Assembly (NCBI RefSeq): GCF_006345805.1
Contig: NC_043006.1
Location: 20,336,001-20,400,000, forward strand
Origin: Octopus sinensis
Lineage: Eukaryota
Reading direction: 5' to 3'
Length of the DNA stretch: 64,000 nt
Shown: positions 11,629 to 25,173 of the stretch, one piece after another
Layout of the letters: each line of letters begins with the position of its first letter
Numbering within the stretch: the first letter of the stretch is position 1
Program-made: the position numbers and the translations under genes
The notes under the pieces: generated by a model
What the model saw: only the letters and a program-made list of their open reading frames with translations
Databases searched by the model: none
Told to the model about the DNA's origin: nothing

Positions 11629-11977
11629 CATCATCATCATCGTTTATCGTCCGTTCTCCATGCTAGCATGGGTTGGACGGTCCGACCGGGGATCTGGGAA
11701 GCCAGAAGGCTGCACCAGGCTCCAGTCTTATCTGGCAATGTTTCTACAGCTGAATGCCCTTCCTAACGCCAACCACTCCGTGAGTGTAGTGGGTACTTTT
11801 TACGTGCCACCCGCACAGGTGCAAGGCGAGGCTGGCAACGGCCACGGTCGGATTGGTGCAATTTACGTGCCACTGGCACGGAAGCCAGGTGAGGCGGCGC
11901 TGGCATTGGCCACGATTCGGATAGTGCATTTTATGTACCACCAGTCCAGGGGTCCTGGCATCTGCCGGGTGCCAGTC
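11627..11977 (-). mobile_element. Family C short retroelement copy
   Basis: (CAT)n tail, ccatgctagcatgggttggacgg, repeated tttacgtgccac modules. Confidence 0.8.
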
Positions 11978-12012
<35 letters not shown>

Positions 12013-12121
12013 CACACATATATATACATATAAGTGTCTTCTACTATAGCTTCAGGCTGACCAAAGCCTTGACTGAATTTAGTAGATGGAAACTGAAGGA
12101 AGCCTGATTTATGTATGTATA

Positions 12122-12158
<37 letters not shown>

Positions 12159-12877
12159 TAGTTTGTAGCTGATTTCTAAACCTGTTTTTATTTTTCTTGT
12201 CAATAACTTTTACTTTTGATGTCACATTGTTATATATATCAATAACTGGACCGAAGTAACTGCTTGTATCAAAACGACTGTATAGCTGAGCTGTTTTGGC
12301 AAGATAATCTCTTTCGGATCAAACTGTCTGCATCAAGTAAATCTTTATCAGTTTTTGTTTTTGTTTTTAGTTTTTTTTTTTACATTAGAATCTAGGGGAG
12401 GTCATCTGAGTTACTGCTTTATTGCTCTGTTTGCTTCTCAAAAAATACGGAGGTCAGTGAAAATTCCCCCCCCCCTTTTTTAAAATGAAGTTAAAACTCA
12501 TCTTCATTGCCATATACGACAAAGTACATCAACTGATGCACCAGATAATGGTGTTTTGCATTCTAAATGGTGACAGATTGACACATTACGGTAAATGCTA
12601 CCACCACCAGGGAGCATTCTGAACAGTAGTTGAAGATGAGATAAGATACCAAAGAAAACACATGACCTTTGACATATAAAGCTGTAGGTTATCTAGTGAA
12701 AGCAAAAACAAATGAAAATAAAGCAAAACAAAAAACAAAGCAAACAACCAACTGACATAAACTAGTTTTAAAAATGATACAAAAGAAAGTAAATACTAAC
12801 AGATAAGGCTCACCTACAAATATCATCTTAACCAAGTTGCAACTTGTTTAGGTTCCAGAGAAAAGTGGGTTACAAAT

Positions 12878-13324
12878 AAACCATTTTACTATATTCCTGT
12901 TGGCAGACGTTAGCTTTTGTTTCAATTCATTATGAAAATAAACGAAGAATTTAGTAAAATAGCTTCGTTGTTATTATACCAATGCTTGGAAGATAATTTA
13001 ATGTGAAATTTTGATGGAAAGTTATGATTAACCCTTTTTCATTCAGATTACTCTTTCAAATGTAATGCTTGTTTATTTACATTGCTTTGAATTAATCATG
13101 CATTATCTCATAGCTTTGAGATTTCAACGATGCGATTCTTTCCTTTTAGAACGACCTTGTACAGCATTGTAAGTGTCTGGATCTGAACAAAAAGCAGGTA
13201 GAATATTTTGGAAGGATATGGCAGGTTTAAATACTAAAGAGTTAATTTAGATAACTTTAAACAGCTAGATTGTATCATAGAAAACCAGGGGTGGTTTTAG
13301 TGGGGTTGCTATCAAAAGAGTTAA
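12878..13324. mobile_element. Nested piggyBac-type MITEs (inner element 13028-13245)
   Basis: Inner ttaaccc...agagttaa splits the host element, whose sequence resumes as tttagataactttaa...atcaaaagagttaa. Confidence 0.75.
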
Positions 13325-13534
13325 AAATTAGACTCTGCCTGTCAATTCCAGAATAACCAACATGTTGACTAACTTATTTACATCGACATCATCATATAAT
13401 GCCCACTTTTCTATGCTTGTATGGGTCAGACTGAATTTGTTGAGATAAATATTCTACCGCCAGTTGTCCTTGATGTTGCCAAATTATAAATATGCAAATA
13501 AAGTACAGTGCTGTGCAGTGGCAAGAGTCCTTAC

Positions 13535-13710
13535 CTCAAACTTCGGGAGCGGGGTCGGGGCCGCGGTGACCACCGTCCTCCACCAGAGTCATCCTCAGGC
13601 GGAACAGCATTGTTTTCGTTACTTCCAAAATGTCTAGTGAGAATATGCAGTTCATCTGGAGTAGGCTGAGATGGCAGCTGGTGAAGACGCTCTTGAGAAG
13701 AGCACTGGGA
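13535..13710 (-). CDS. MAST: MAST kinase exon [28 protein letters not shown]...RPRSRSL(S), DUF1908 region
   Basis: Acceptor tctttcag, donor gtaagg, 176 nt, phase 0 to 2; conserved SSQExLHQLP.QPT.DEL and RPRSRSLS. Confidence 0.97.
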
Positions 13711-14593
13711 CTGAAAGATTAAGGAAAGAAAACCAAAATTAGCAAAGAGGATTGGCAATTAAAATGATATAAGTGATTTGAAAGAGATTTGGCTGTTATT
13801 TCTAGCAGGTCAAGCAAGCCGCCACCCCAAAGTGGCTTCTAATTTTTTTTTGCTTCTTTTTAAAAATCTTTTGGTAAGGAAGAAAGGTAGTGCCCATGAT
13901 TCTTTACAGGGTCATGTGGCACCGGTGTGTGGAAGAGGGGAAGATACCTTCAAACTGGAAACTTGAATGCTTGCAACAGAACGAACTCTGTTAAAGGTAA
14001 GCAACCAGATGGTGGTGTTAAACTGGGTGACTGATTAAATCTACCACCCAAGTGGACTATGGTAGGAGGAATTGAACTCAAAGAACTGCAACAAATACAA
14101 CAGGATATCGGCCAGACATTCTTACAGTTCTACCAATCCACTGCCCTAGATCAGTATTTTTTTTTTTGGTCCTCAAAAGAGATGAAGGCCAAGGTTGACT
14201 TTGGCAGGATTTGAAACGGAGAATTGTAACAAATACTGTGAGGTGTTCTAACTTGTGATTTTATGACTCTGCCAAATTGCCATCTTAGTTAGCTTGTCTT
14301 CTACCTGATTTCAGGAACATTGTTGTGATGTTAAGCCAGGAATGAAGAATAAGGAGACAGAAAAGATTAAAAAGTCATTATAATCATCATCATCATAATG
14401 CCCACTTTTCCATGCTTGCATAGCTTGGACACAGTTTATCAAGGCAGGTTTTCCACTGTAAGATGCCTTTCCTGTCATCAACCCTTACCTGTTTTGAAGC
14501 AAAGTAATATTTCCCCACAGCCAGACATGTTTTCAAAGAAAATTGAAAATGACTGATATTCATTTAGAACATTACAAAATGTCACACACATAC

Positions 14594-14965
14594 ATACTCT
14601 TTTACTTGTTTCAGTCATTTGACTGCGGCCATACTGGAGCACCACCTTTAGTCAAGCAAATCGACCCCGGGACTTATTCTTTGTAAGCCCAGTACTTATT
14701 CTATCGGTCTCTTTTGCCGAACCACTAAGTGACGGTTGTCAAGCAATGCTAGGGGGACAAACACATACACACACATATATATACACACATACATATATAC
14801 GACAGGCTTCTTTCAGTTTCCGTCTACCAAATCCACTCACAAGGCATTGGTCAGCCCGGGGCTATAGCAGAAGACACTTGGCCCAAGATGCCACGCAGTG
14901 GGACTGAACCCGGAACCATGTGGTTGGTAAGCAAGCTACTTACCACACAGCCACTCCTGTGCCTG
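14594..14965 (-). mobile_element. SINE family A copy
   Basis: High similarity to 452-872. Confidence 0.85.
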
Positions 14966-15223
14966 CACATACATACATCTTTCAGTTTGTTTACCAAATT
15001 CATTCATAAGGCTCTGGTTGGTCATGGGGCTTTAGTAGGAAAATACTTGGCCAAAGTGGCATACAATCACACAATGGAGCTGAAATTAAAACTGTGTAGT
15101 TACTCTTTTACTTGTTTCAGTCATTTGACTGTGGCCATGCTGGAGCACCGCCTTTAGGAAGCAAACTTCTAAAAGTAAAAGTTATAAAAATATATAAATA
15201 TACAAAAATTCGAAGTAACATAC

Positions 15224-15305
15224 CGAGACATTGGAGCTAGCAGGTGTGTTGGTTCCATAACCAGATGATGGCAGTGATGCAAAAGACCATCTACGCCCAT
15301 CCATC
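15224..15305 (-). CDS. MAST: MAST kinase exon [27 protein letters not shown]
   Basis: Acceptor tttttcag, donor gtatgt, 82 nt, phase 2 to 0; hallmark MAST motif [20 protein letters not shown]. Confidence 0.97.
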
Positions 15306-15474
15306 CTGAAAAACACAGAGAGAATGATAATTTTGAAAAGAGAGACAACAACCAAACTGTTTAACAAAGCATGGGAGGGAGACATTATATAAACGATTCA
15401 TTAAAAGTCCACAGCTATTGAGTATATTATGATCCTGTAAACAAGGTAAATGACATTAAATCCTGTGACAACAA

Positions 15475-15530
<56 letters not shown>

Positions 15531-16398
15531 AACATACATACATACATACACATATATATATATATATATACGACAGGCTTCTTTCAGTTTCCGTCTACCA
15601 AATCCACTCACAAAGCTTTGGTCGGCCTGAGGCTTTAGTAGGAGCATCAAATAAAGCATCTGCAGATAGATATTGTTGAATAATATTCGAATACATAGTA
15701 ATTATTAATTTCTGGGGTTGATAAATTGAGTACTGGGGGTCGATGAGATTGTCAGTTTCTCTCCCCACAAAATCCAAGCCTTGTACCTATAGTAGAAAGG
15801 ATTATTGTTATTATTATTCTTTTCTGCTCTAGGCACAAGCCCCCAAAAGTTTTGGGGAAGGGGCCCAGTCGATTAGATCGACCCCAGTACACAACTGGTA
15901 CTTAAATTATCAACCTCGAAAGGATGAAAGGCAAAGTCAGCCTCGGCAGAATTCGGACTCAGAACATAAAGACAGACAAAATGCTGCTAAGCATTTCTGC
16001 CAGCTCACTGCCTTATTGTTATCGTTGTTGTTGCTAAGGCAGCAAACTGACAGAATAGTTACCATGCCTGACAAAGTGGATCACAGTGTGTGTTTCTGCA
16101 CCTTATATCATCAGCATTAAGTTACTGGGTTCATATTTCCTAGTAAACAATCCTTTGGGTGCGAAAAGACATGTTAACATGTATGTCAGTGTGTTTATGT
16201 GTGTGTTTATATATTTAAATATATACACAAGCATATACAAATATACACACATATGCATACATACACATGCATCACACCAGAATATATACCTGTGTGTATA
16301 TAGATTGAACACTGGCTGTCATATATATCTATACACACACACACACTCACATGTGTATGCACACATGTAGACACTACATTTGCACATATGTACACACA

Positions 16399-16439
<41 letters not shown>

Positions 16440-17039
16440 CTTGCAACTGTGTAGAGCAAAAAAAACAAAAAACAACAAAAATGTACTTTCAAGTCACCAA
16501 GCTGCGTCTATTCTAGGCTTTCAGTTGTCAGCAGTGTTTTATTAGCTATTTGATCAGCCAGCACAATGAAAACCCAGCAAGACTGGTTATTAAAAATGAA
16601 TCGATAAATATGTATGCAGCACATGGAAAAATGACAGTGACAGCTAAGAAGAAGAAGAAGAAGAAAGTGGGAGGTTGGACGGAGCAGAATAGGAAACACG
16701 TTGAGAAGAGGATGGCAAACACGAGAGGAAAATGGTGGAAAGGAGTAAAGCCCGTTGCCTGCTCGGCATGAAGAAATAAGTGGGGGGGAAGTTAGTGAAG
16801 ATAGAATTACAATATGAACTGTTGCATGTTTAATGACTGAAGAGGAAACAACAGAAATATATAGTTCCAGTTTATAAAGAAGTATAGAACAGTTATATAG
16901 ACACTAAAACTACATAGAGCAAAAGTGAAAGAGAGAGAGAATGACTATAGAAATACTATAACTATAAAGAGGTAAGGTGGAGGTGACCATTGCAGATATG
17001 GAGGTCACAGAAGCACGATGTACTATAAGCGATATATGC

Positions 17040-17760
17040 TCATTGCACTGATAAAGATGCAGCGATTAAAGGCATAGTGAGTATCAAGGCACAGTGAGTA
17101 TAGAGGTGTGGTGAGTAGAAGCATAGGGAGTATAGAGGCACAGTAAATATGGAGGCATGGTGAATACAGAGGTACAGCGAGTAGAGGGATGAGTATAGAA
17201 GGGTTGTGTAGAAACAGTGAGTATAGATGCTGATTGAGTATAAATGTGCAGCGAGTAGAAGCATAGTGAGTATGGAGGCACAGTGAATAGAGGCAGGAGT
17301 ATAGAGGCAAAGGGAATATGGAGGCATGGTGAATATAGAGGTACAGCGAGTAGAGGGATGAGTATAGAAGGGTTGTGTAGAAACAGTGAGTATAGATGCT
17401 GATTGAGTATAAATGTGCAGGGGGTAGAAGCATAGTGAGTATGGAGGCACAGTGAAATGAGGCAGGAGTATAGAGGCACAGTAAATATGGAGGCATGGTG
17501 AATACAGAGGTACAGCGAGTATAGATGCTGATTGAGTATAAATGTGCAGCGAGTAGAAGCATAGTGAGTATGGAGGCATGGTGAATACAGAGGTACAGCG
17601 AGTAGAGGGATGAGTATAGAAGAGTTGTGTAGAAACAGTGAGTATAAGCATAGTGAGTAGAAGTACAGTGAGTATAGTGGCACCATGAGAATAAGGACAC
17701 AGTAAATATAGAAGCACAGAGTGTATGAAAGCACTCTAAGTATAGAGGTGCAACATGTAT
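17040..17760. repeat. Complex minisatellite: about 16-bp gagtatagaggcacagt-like monomer organised as a 169-bp higher-order repeat
   Basis: Unit start ggagtatagaggca recurs at 17127, 17296 and 17465; degenerate monomers on both flanks. Confidence 0.9.
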
Positions 17761-18866
17761 GGTAAGCAGCAAGCACAGAGAATACAGATGTGCAATGAAT
17801 GCAGAGGGTCACTGAGTAAAGAGGTACTGTGACTGCAATGGTGCAGTCAGTAAATACATGGGGGTCTGTGCATATGCAAAGTGCAGTAGAGTTAACCACA
17901 AACTTAGGTGTTCAAATCAAGTCAGAGCCTAGCTTTAAAGAAAATCAATAATTCATTTGCAGCCAAGTGAACAACAATTAACAACTAATAGACAGATGCG
18001 TGAACAGAACAAATAAATCTATCTGCATTCAGGCTAATATGACAGCTATTTATAAGGTAGGTTATTTGGCAAGGTGGTACTGTTTTAGATGTCACTTTTC
18101 ATGGAATTTTGCAGAAGATCTCACTACTTATCTATGCCAAAGCCACCAAGTTATGCAACAGAAAGCTTACATATCTCTTGTGAGAGAAGGGCAGCGAGAG
18201 AGAGAGAGAGAGAGAGAGAGTAGATAAAGGGTAGGTTTGTATGTTGTTCAACATTGTACAGTAGGTGAAATGCTGAAAGACGAAGGTTTCACACACATTC
18301 CACACAACCAAACAAGGTGTAAATCTTCACTGGCACACCAAAGAATGTGCATATTGTAGCATGTATTGCCAATAGAAAAAAAGAAAGAAGATAGATAGAT
18401 AGATAGATAGATAGACAGACTCCAGTCAGGTGACTCCAGTGATGCATGATCACATTATGATTATTCCTTGAGTGGGAGTCAAAAGTTATGTTACACATTT
18501 GCAATCATCCACTACAACTCTGAGCAGCAGTGCAACAGTGCCATGCACACATGCATGCATTTTAAAATTTCACTTAGGCATAGCAATACTGAAACCCTGG
18601 TGCTAGAACTCAATATACCATGCTTCAGAATAAAGCAATGAGTGCAGAGCATAATATGAAATTTAAAAAAATAACAAAGGAACAGTAATTGCATAATGAA
18701 CTTAATTCCTGTTCTGTTGTTGTTTCTTTAATTTCACACACACACACACACATTTTTGGGATATATACTTTTAGGGAAGTTGATAGTTATGGCTGGTCAG
18801 AGAGTGACCATTGGTTTTGGACCTATAAAGCGCTTGGCCATAGAGGCGACTCAGACTCACCAATTT

Positions 18867-18919
18867 GAGTCTGATGAGTCACCTATATGACTTTATAGGT
18901 GTGAAACCTATGGTCACTC
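18867..18919 (+). ncRNA. Type-I hammerhead ribozyme motif
   Basis: GAGU-CUGAUGA-GU-CACCUAUA-ugacuu-UAUAGGUG-U-GAAA-CC-uau-GG-UC-ACUC: full core, helix I 4 bp, helix II 8 bp plus a G.U closure with one bulged U, helix III 3 bp, GUC cleavage triplet at 18913-18915. Confidence 0.75.
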
Positions 18920-18965
18920 TCTGACTGGCCATAAAAATATATTACTGCTCTAATGAGCTACAGAC

Positions 18966-19057
<92 letters not shown>

Positions 19058-19059
19058 AC

Positions 19060-19262
19060 AAGAAGGTTTACGAAAATAAACAAAAGACGAAGGCAGGTGG
19101 AGTACAAACAAACAAATGTATTAGTATGCCGCTCAGGAATAGAAATAGAACAAGTCTTTTACGTTTCGAGCCTACGCTCTTCGACAGAAAGATACACAGA
19201 AAAAAAAACAAGGAGAGAAACAAGGAGAGAAAAAAAATGCGTGTAGGAGCTAATGATCTATC
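19060..19262 (-). mobile_element. Penelope-like repeat fragment with minimal hammerhead-like motif at 19155-19192
   Basis: Next to (TA)n; minus strand reads UCUUU-CUGUCGA-A-GAGC-guag-GCUC-GAAA-CG-UA-AAAGA; related copies at 48300-48500 and 54543-54632. Confidence 0.6.
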
Positions 19263-22200
19263 TCCAGAGAACTTCACTAACAATGTACTAGTGCTGCTTT
19301 TTCTAACACATCATGGCATTACGTTTTCACTACTATTTAGTAATATTTTTCACAGCTGACAGGAATGGCAAAGTCTGGGATCTTGCCAATTATTTGGAGT
19401 TCATATTCTACATTGGGTGTTTGTTGACTGTGTCTAATACTCACCACATGGAGCAATAAAATAAATACAGGGGGGGGGGCGTTTCAATTGACTGCTTCCT
19501 TTTCTACAAAATTAACTCTAGTGCGTGCATGCACCTGTGTGTGTGTGTGTGTGCCTATATATGTGTGTATGCCTATATATTGAAGAAAGGCAATACAGAG
19601 GAGTCATTCAGCCAAAAGCCATTGTACTAGAAAGAGGTGATGTCACAATAATTGGCCATATACCACAATGATAGACTGTAAGCTCAGTTAGGATTACTGT
19701 GAAAAAAAAAAGGCTGAAGCACAAAGAAACTGCAGGAGATTGTGTGTGTGTGTGTGTGCGCGCATACCTTTGGGTAATCATAAACAATGATGCTGATGCT
19801 GTGTAGTTGTACATAAATCAACAAACAGGTAAGGTTTGTGAAAAAAAAACAAAAAAACATCCTGAAACATGACTAAAGAACTAAAATATAAGCAGCTATT
19901 AGTTAACTAGAATCTGTTCTTCCAGCTGATTAAGCACACAGAGGTAGATATTACATACAGAGCTCTAGAACACAAACTGAACTAAAATAAACAAATATTG
20001 AAGATGGAGAGCTTTCAGGTACAAAGGCACGTCAGGCGTTTGTGCTTGAAATATATATGAAGGTTACTTAATTCTTCTTTTTCACATTGTTAGAAGCTCA
20101 CTGTTTTCATTATTCGTTTTATTTTACTTCTGTAACAACAATGCTTCAAGCAAATTACAAAGCTCTTTTCACAATCAGAACCACACAACTACCTATTTCT
20201 TTATTACCCACAAGGGGCTAAACAAGGACAGACATAGGTATTAAGTCGATTACATCGACCCCAGTGCGTAACTGGTACTTAATTTATCGACCCCGAAAGG
20301 ATGAAAGGCAAAGTCGACTTCTACCACTGCTAACAACACACCACAGCTACTGCCACTGCTCTCAGTACTTCTGCCATAACATTCAATAACCATTGGCTTT
20401 AGTACTCAGAGTATCAAGCTAAATACTAATTCTTACTCTAAATGTCTTGAAGAAGCCAGTTAAGCATGCAGACGTTGGTCAAGTGAGATGCAACAACTTA
20501 ACAGAAGATATATGATATTTCAAATGGAATCAGTTGCAGTTGATATTTGATTCCAACAGTATTGAAAGACATTCAGGAATTTAAACTAATTAATGACTAA
20601 TAATGATTTCTTAACAAAATTTAATTTAATTGCTATTCATATTTCGTTGGTATGGTTTCATTTCAATAAATTAATTTACAAGCTAATTACTTCTGTTTAC
20701 TGAAATATCTTTGCCTTACTTCTGTAAATTTTTTGCTGACTGTTGATGTCTGAAACACAACAGTTCCACAGTGGACCCAACATTGTAAGTGTATAGCACT
20801 TAAAATGTAGACACAAATGAGGCACGACACTAGCCGTTTCTCCTTTTGTTTCAGACAAACTCCTCTTTAGAGACTGTGTGTGTTAAAAATACTGCTCACA
20901 CTGAATGACGTCAGTAAACCATCAGACGCTAGTTTCACCTTTTCACTGACAGATTTATTGGTCATTTAGAGACAGGTCAGAACTTTTGTTCCTATACGGA
21001 AATGAACAAACAAAACGCTAGCTGATTAGTGCAGAAGCTTACCCTGGCTTCACTTACAACAATGTATGCATTTGAAATAGTATTAAATTACAATAACAAT
21101 GACTAACATTTATAAAATATATATTTTTTTCTTTTGTGCAAGAGTAAGTCCTTTTTGGAAACTGTGTGTATTAGAAAGATAGTTCTATCTGATATCTGAA
21201 TGGTGTTAGTGGACCATCAGACACAGGTGTTTTGACTTAACTTCATCTCCTTGGTGTTGGCTACCCAACCAGTCACTTAGAGCTAGGTTAGAACTTTTGT
21301 TCCTATATAGAAATCAGTGCATACATTGATTCAACCAAAAATATAATTTTATCAAGGCCAGATAATCTAAGGATAAAGGCCCTCTCATTGACTTGAGAAT
21401 AAGATCTATGTTAAGCAATACAAAGTATGCTTAATGATAAACAATACCAATTTTACCTGTTGCTGCAATGTGCAATGTAAAACATCAAATGTAAGCAAAT
21501 TTATCCCCCACTCTCTCACTACAGATTACTGAATTACTCTTAAAGATAAAAAAAATTGGTAACTGTGGGTATCATTTGACTATATGTTACATCAGAGTAA
21601 TTAAGCAATTAATTTCTGTAGACTAAATTTACTGCATTATTTTAATTCTTTTATTTTTTTATGTGGGCTTGAACAGAATAGTTTGTTGGATCCGATCTGC
21701 TTCATAATTTTTTTTTACCAACTTTTAGACATAAGGGTAACTTGTACACACGATCATTTGCAAGATTAGAGGGAAGGAGAGAAGAGGGTGCCCTCAAACC
21801 AGAGATTTAACCAGAATGCTCAAAACTGAGTGGACTCTGCTAAAGGTACCCAAGGCAGCAGGTGGTGGTGTTAAAACCAGGTGACAAAAGTGTACTACCC
21901 ATGTCGACTGTAGCAGGATTTGAACTAGAACAAGTACCACAAGGCCTCTGGGCTGATATTCTTAAACTTCTGTAAGTCCACATTCCTGAATTGGTACTTT
22001 TCTCATCAAGTACAAAGGATGAAAGGTGAATTTGACCTTGGTAGTATTTGAACTTAAAGTGCAATGTGTCAGAAGAGATAGTGTGAGGCATTCTAACCGA
22101 TGGTCTAACAATTCTGTCAATTTACTGCCTCCCAGATGAAGAGAAATCAGATTCTAGTAGAATTTGTTGTCCCATTCTCTTTTAATTTTGAAATGTTCAA

Positions 22201-24074
22201 ATAACTCTGGATGGATTTGGATGAATTCAATTTACTGTAAAAACCACCACACCTATACAAAATTACTAGATGTACCTACAGTTACTTGTAGCTGTGCAAC
22301 TGCTAATTATATGAAGCATGTGAGCAAGATAAAAGCTACAAGAAGACCACAGAATGAATAAATAACAAGCCATAGTTTTGTGAGCATTCATCCTTCTTGC
22401 TCTCTTCACCCACCAACTCTGACATTTCTTAAGTGTAGACAAAAGCCCCAAACACAACCAGACATTACTTTGATGGCATGGAAGAGTTAAATGACCACGT
22501 CAGACATTACTTGATTCCAGCATAATTATGGAGGAGACAATAAAAGATTTTCTAACAATATTCCTGTCACACCTGAATGGCCTGTAATGTTATCATTATC
22601 CAAGCTAGATGTTATATACAGTTCTTTTACATTTGACATTTTGTAGAAATGTCACCAAATCAAACAGAAGAACAGAAGAAGCAAAATTATTTTGATGACA
22701 ATGAACTATGTTAGTATGAGTAATACGGCAAATATGATTAATTTATCTATAGCTTTGGACATCTGATGAAAGAAATAAAGCTGTAAGTGAAAGAGTAAGA
22801 TCTGTTTGTTAGTTTAATGAAGTGAAATATTCAACCTTCCAAAGTTAACATCTGTCAGATGGCCTCACACAAACCCCTGTTTTCTTCTAGAGATATAGGT
22901 AAATGCTTACATATGTATATATATATACATACATATAGATACTTCTTTCACTATGTATGGATAAGAAAACAAGAATTTTAGTGAAAAAAAATTGTTGCAT
23001 TTGGGTATGCCATAATTTATTTTAGGAAATTTTGCCAAGGTCACTATGTTCCAAATGAACGTAGTGTTCTCTTTTGCACACTGCATCTTATTGCTCTGAT
23101 ATCCTATTTTTCTTTCAGCTCATTTGTGTTCTGCTAGCATTAATATCTGATGAAGAAGCATGTTCTCATTCCTTTCCAGCCTACATATATCCTTCATATT
23201 TAATGCCCACTGCAACCATGCAACGTCACACAAATCTACCTTTTGACTCAGCAGGAATAGCTTATCTTGCCAACAGAGATAATAGCTTCCAGAACTTTTC
23301 CCATCTTATCTTTTTTTCCTTCTCAAGCTACCATACTTTCAGACCACTCTATTTCACAACTAACTGGGTCACCTAGGTAACATAACAGAAGCTATCAAAT
23401 ATTCCCACAGAGCATTTTGAGCATTTGAAATAATTCATTTCACAGGCGCTCTTACTGATAGCTAGTTCTGTGTATCAGCTCCATAAAAAAAAAGTACTCT
23501 TTCCATCTCAGTTTTGCTGTGATCTCACTGTATCTCTTCTACATTCAAAGTTTACCGTTTTCCTGTGCACCTAGGAAGGCGTCCTACCAGATAGCAGTAG
23601 AGTCCTGTTTTCTTTCCTCTTGGTTAACACTTTTGTTGTTGTTGCTAGAATAACTTTCAGGACCCCCCCTCAATTTCTAAGCTTTCCATTCTTGTTTGGA
23701 ACTTCTTTTCTAAATATTCATCAAATTCAGCCACGTGAGTGTAGTGGGTGCTTTTTACGTGCCACCTGCACTGGAGCCAGGCGAGGCTGGCATTGGCCAC
23801 GGTCGGATTGGTACATTTTACGTGCCACCTGCACGGAAGCCGGTCGAGGCGGCACTGGCTTCGGCCACGATTCGGATGGTGCTTTTTACGTGCCACTCAC
23901 TGTTTCAATTAATGAAGAATTTAGAGGAATAACATGGCCATTATTAAGTAGCTGTTTGGAACATGAATTAACATGAAATTTTGATGGAAGGTTTTAATAA
24001 AGCTATTTAAAAGAAGCTTGCATCACAGAACTGGTGGTGGTGGTCTCAGGTGAGTTGGTACCAAATGGATTAGC

Positions 24075-24310
24075 AGCACTTTTCGACTATATAACTGTCA
24101 ACTTAATAAGCTATTCCTTCTGTTGAATTTTCCTCAATTAGCCCTTTCCATTTCCAGCATTCTCTTCATCCGGTAACTTCAAGTAGCAAACATTTCCACG
24201 CTTCTTTCTTCTCGGCATCAGTGGAGATAAGTGCACGGCCGTAATTCCATAAATAATTTTCACCAACAACAACTTGCTTTGAAATCTTGAATGCCTCATT
24301 GTAAAACACC
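24075..24310 (-). mobile_element. Decayed RTE-type LINE fragment (pre-RT linker)
   Basis: Minus-strand peptide LISTDAEKKEAWKC resembles the RTE ORF segment preceding the RT domain; disrupted. Confidence 0.55.
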
Positions 24311-25173
24311 GACAAACCTCTTACCATCACCGTCTCTCACATACAACTACCTGATATTATTTCCTTCCCCCACACTTCTTCCAATCTTTCCAGTTCCGTC
24401 TCACACACTACCTGGCTCTATCTACAATACCACTTGATCACCTTGTTACCTTCTGTCTGTCCATTGATCTTGTCTGTTGCTTGCAGCAAGCTATATCATA
24501 GCTTTCTTCCTCTTACTCTTCTGCCTCAACATATAATTCTCTCTCTTTATCTCCTCTCTGCCTTCTAGAACTTCTCTGAACTTAAGTTTAGCAGAAGGAT
24601 CTTTCAGCTGCCATACCTTCCTTATATAGAATTTATTTATAAGGTAAGCTGACTGAAGCTAACAGAAATACATCTAGACCGTTACAATAACTGAACCGAT
24701 ATTTTAATCTATGCTCATATATTGTTTATTGTCCTCTACCTAAACTAGATAGCAGCTTCTTCACTTCCAATATTCAAGAAATTAATATGAATTTTACAGA
24801 TTAGAGATTTTACAGATTAGAGATTTGAAAAGAATTAAAAACTGAACACATTAATTCTTAAAAACAAGAACAAAACAATGTATGAACCAGACTTAAAAAA
24901 AAAAAGAGAATTAATACTGCAGAAATCCCATATCTGTGAACCTAATTAAGCTTTTTTGTCCATCACCACCACTATCATTTTAACTGATAACAGTTAACTA
25001 TTAATTATAACCTGCTTCTCACACACACACACACACACACACGTACAGAGTGTTTCCAATTGAATTCATTGAGATTATGTGTCACAACCAATCTAATTGG
25101 AGGGTTTATGAGATGGAGCTGAATCTGCTCTGCTGTGAAATCTCAATAGCAGACATCTTTTCTAATTCTGTAT

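Noticed and set aside
17040-17760. CRISPR-like array
   Set aside because: Eukaryotic intron; intervening segments are themselves repeated, so there are no unique spacers and no cas genes.
17023-17899. Three long ORFs (225-271 aa) as a protein-coding gene
   Set aside because: Explained by a 3n+1 tandem repeat with strand-biased composition; no splice or domain support.
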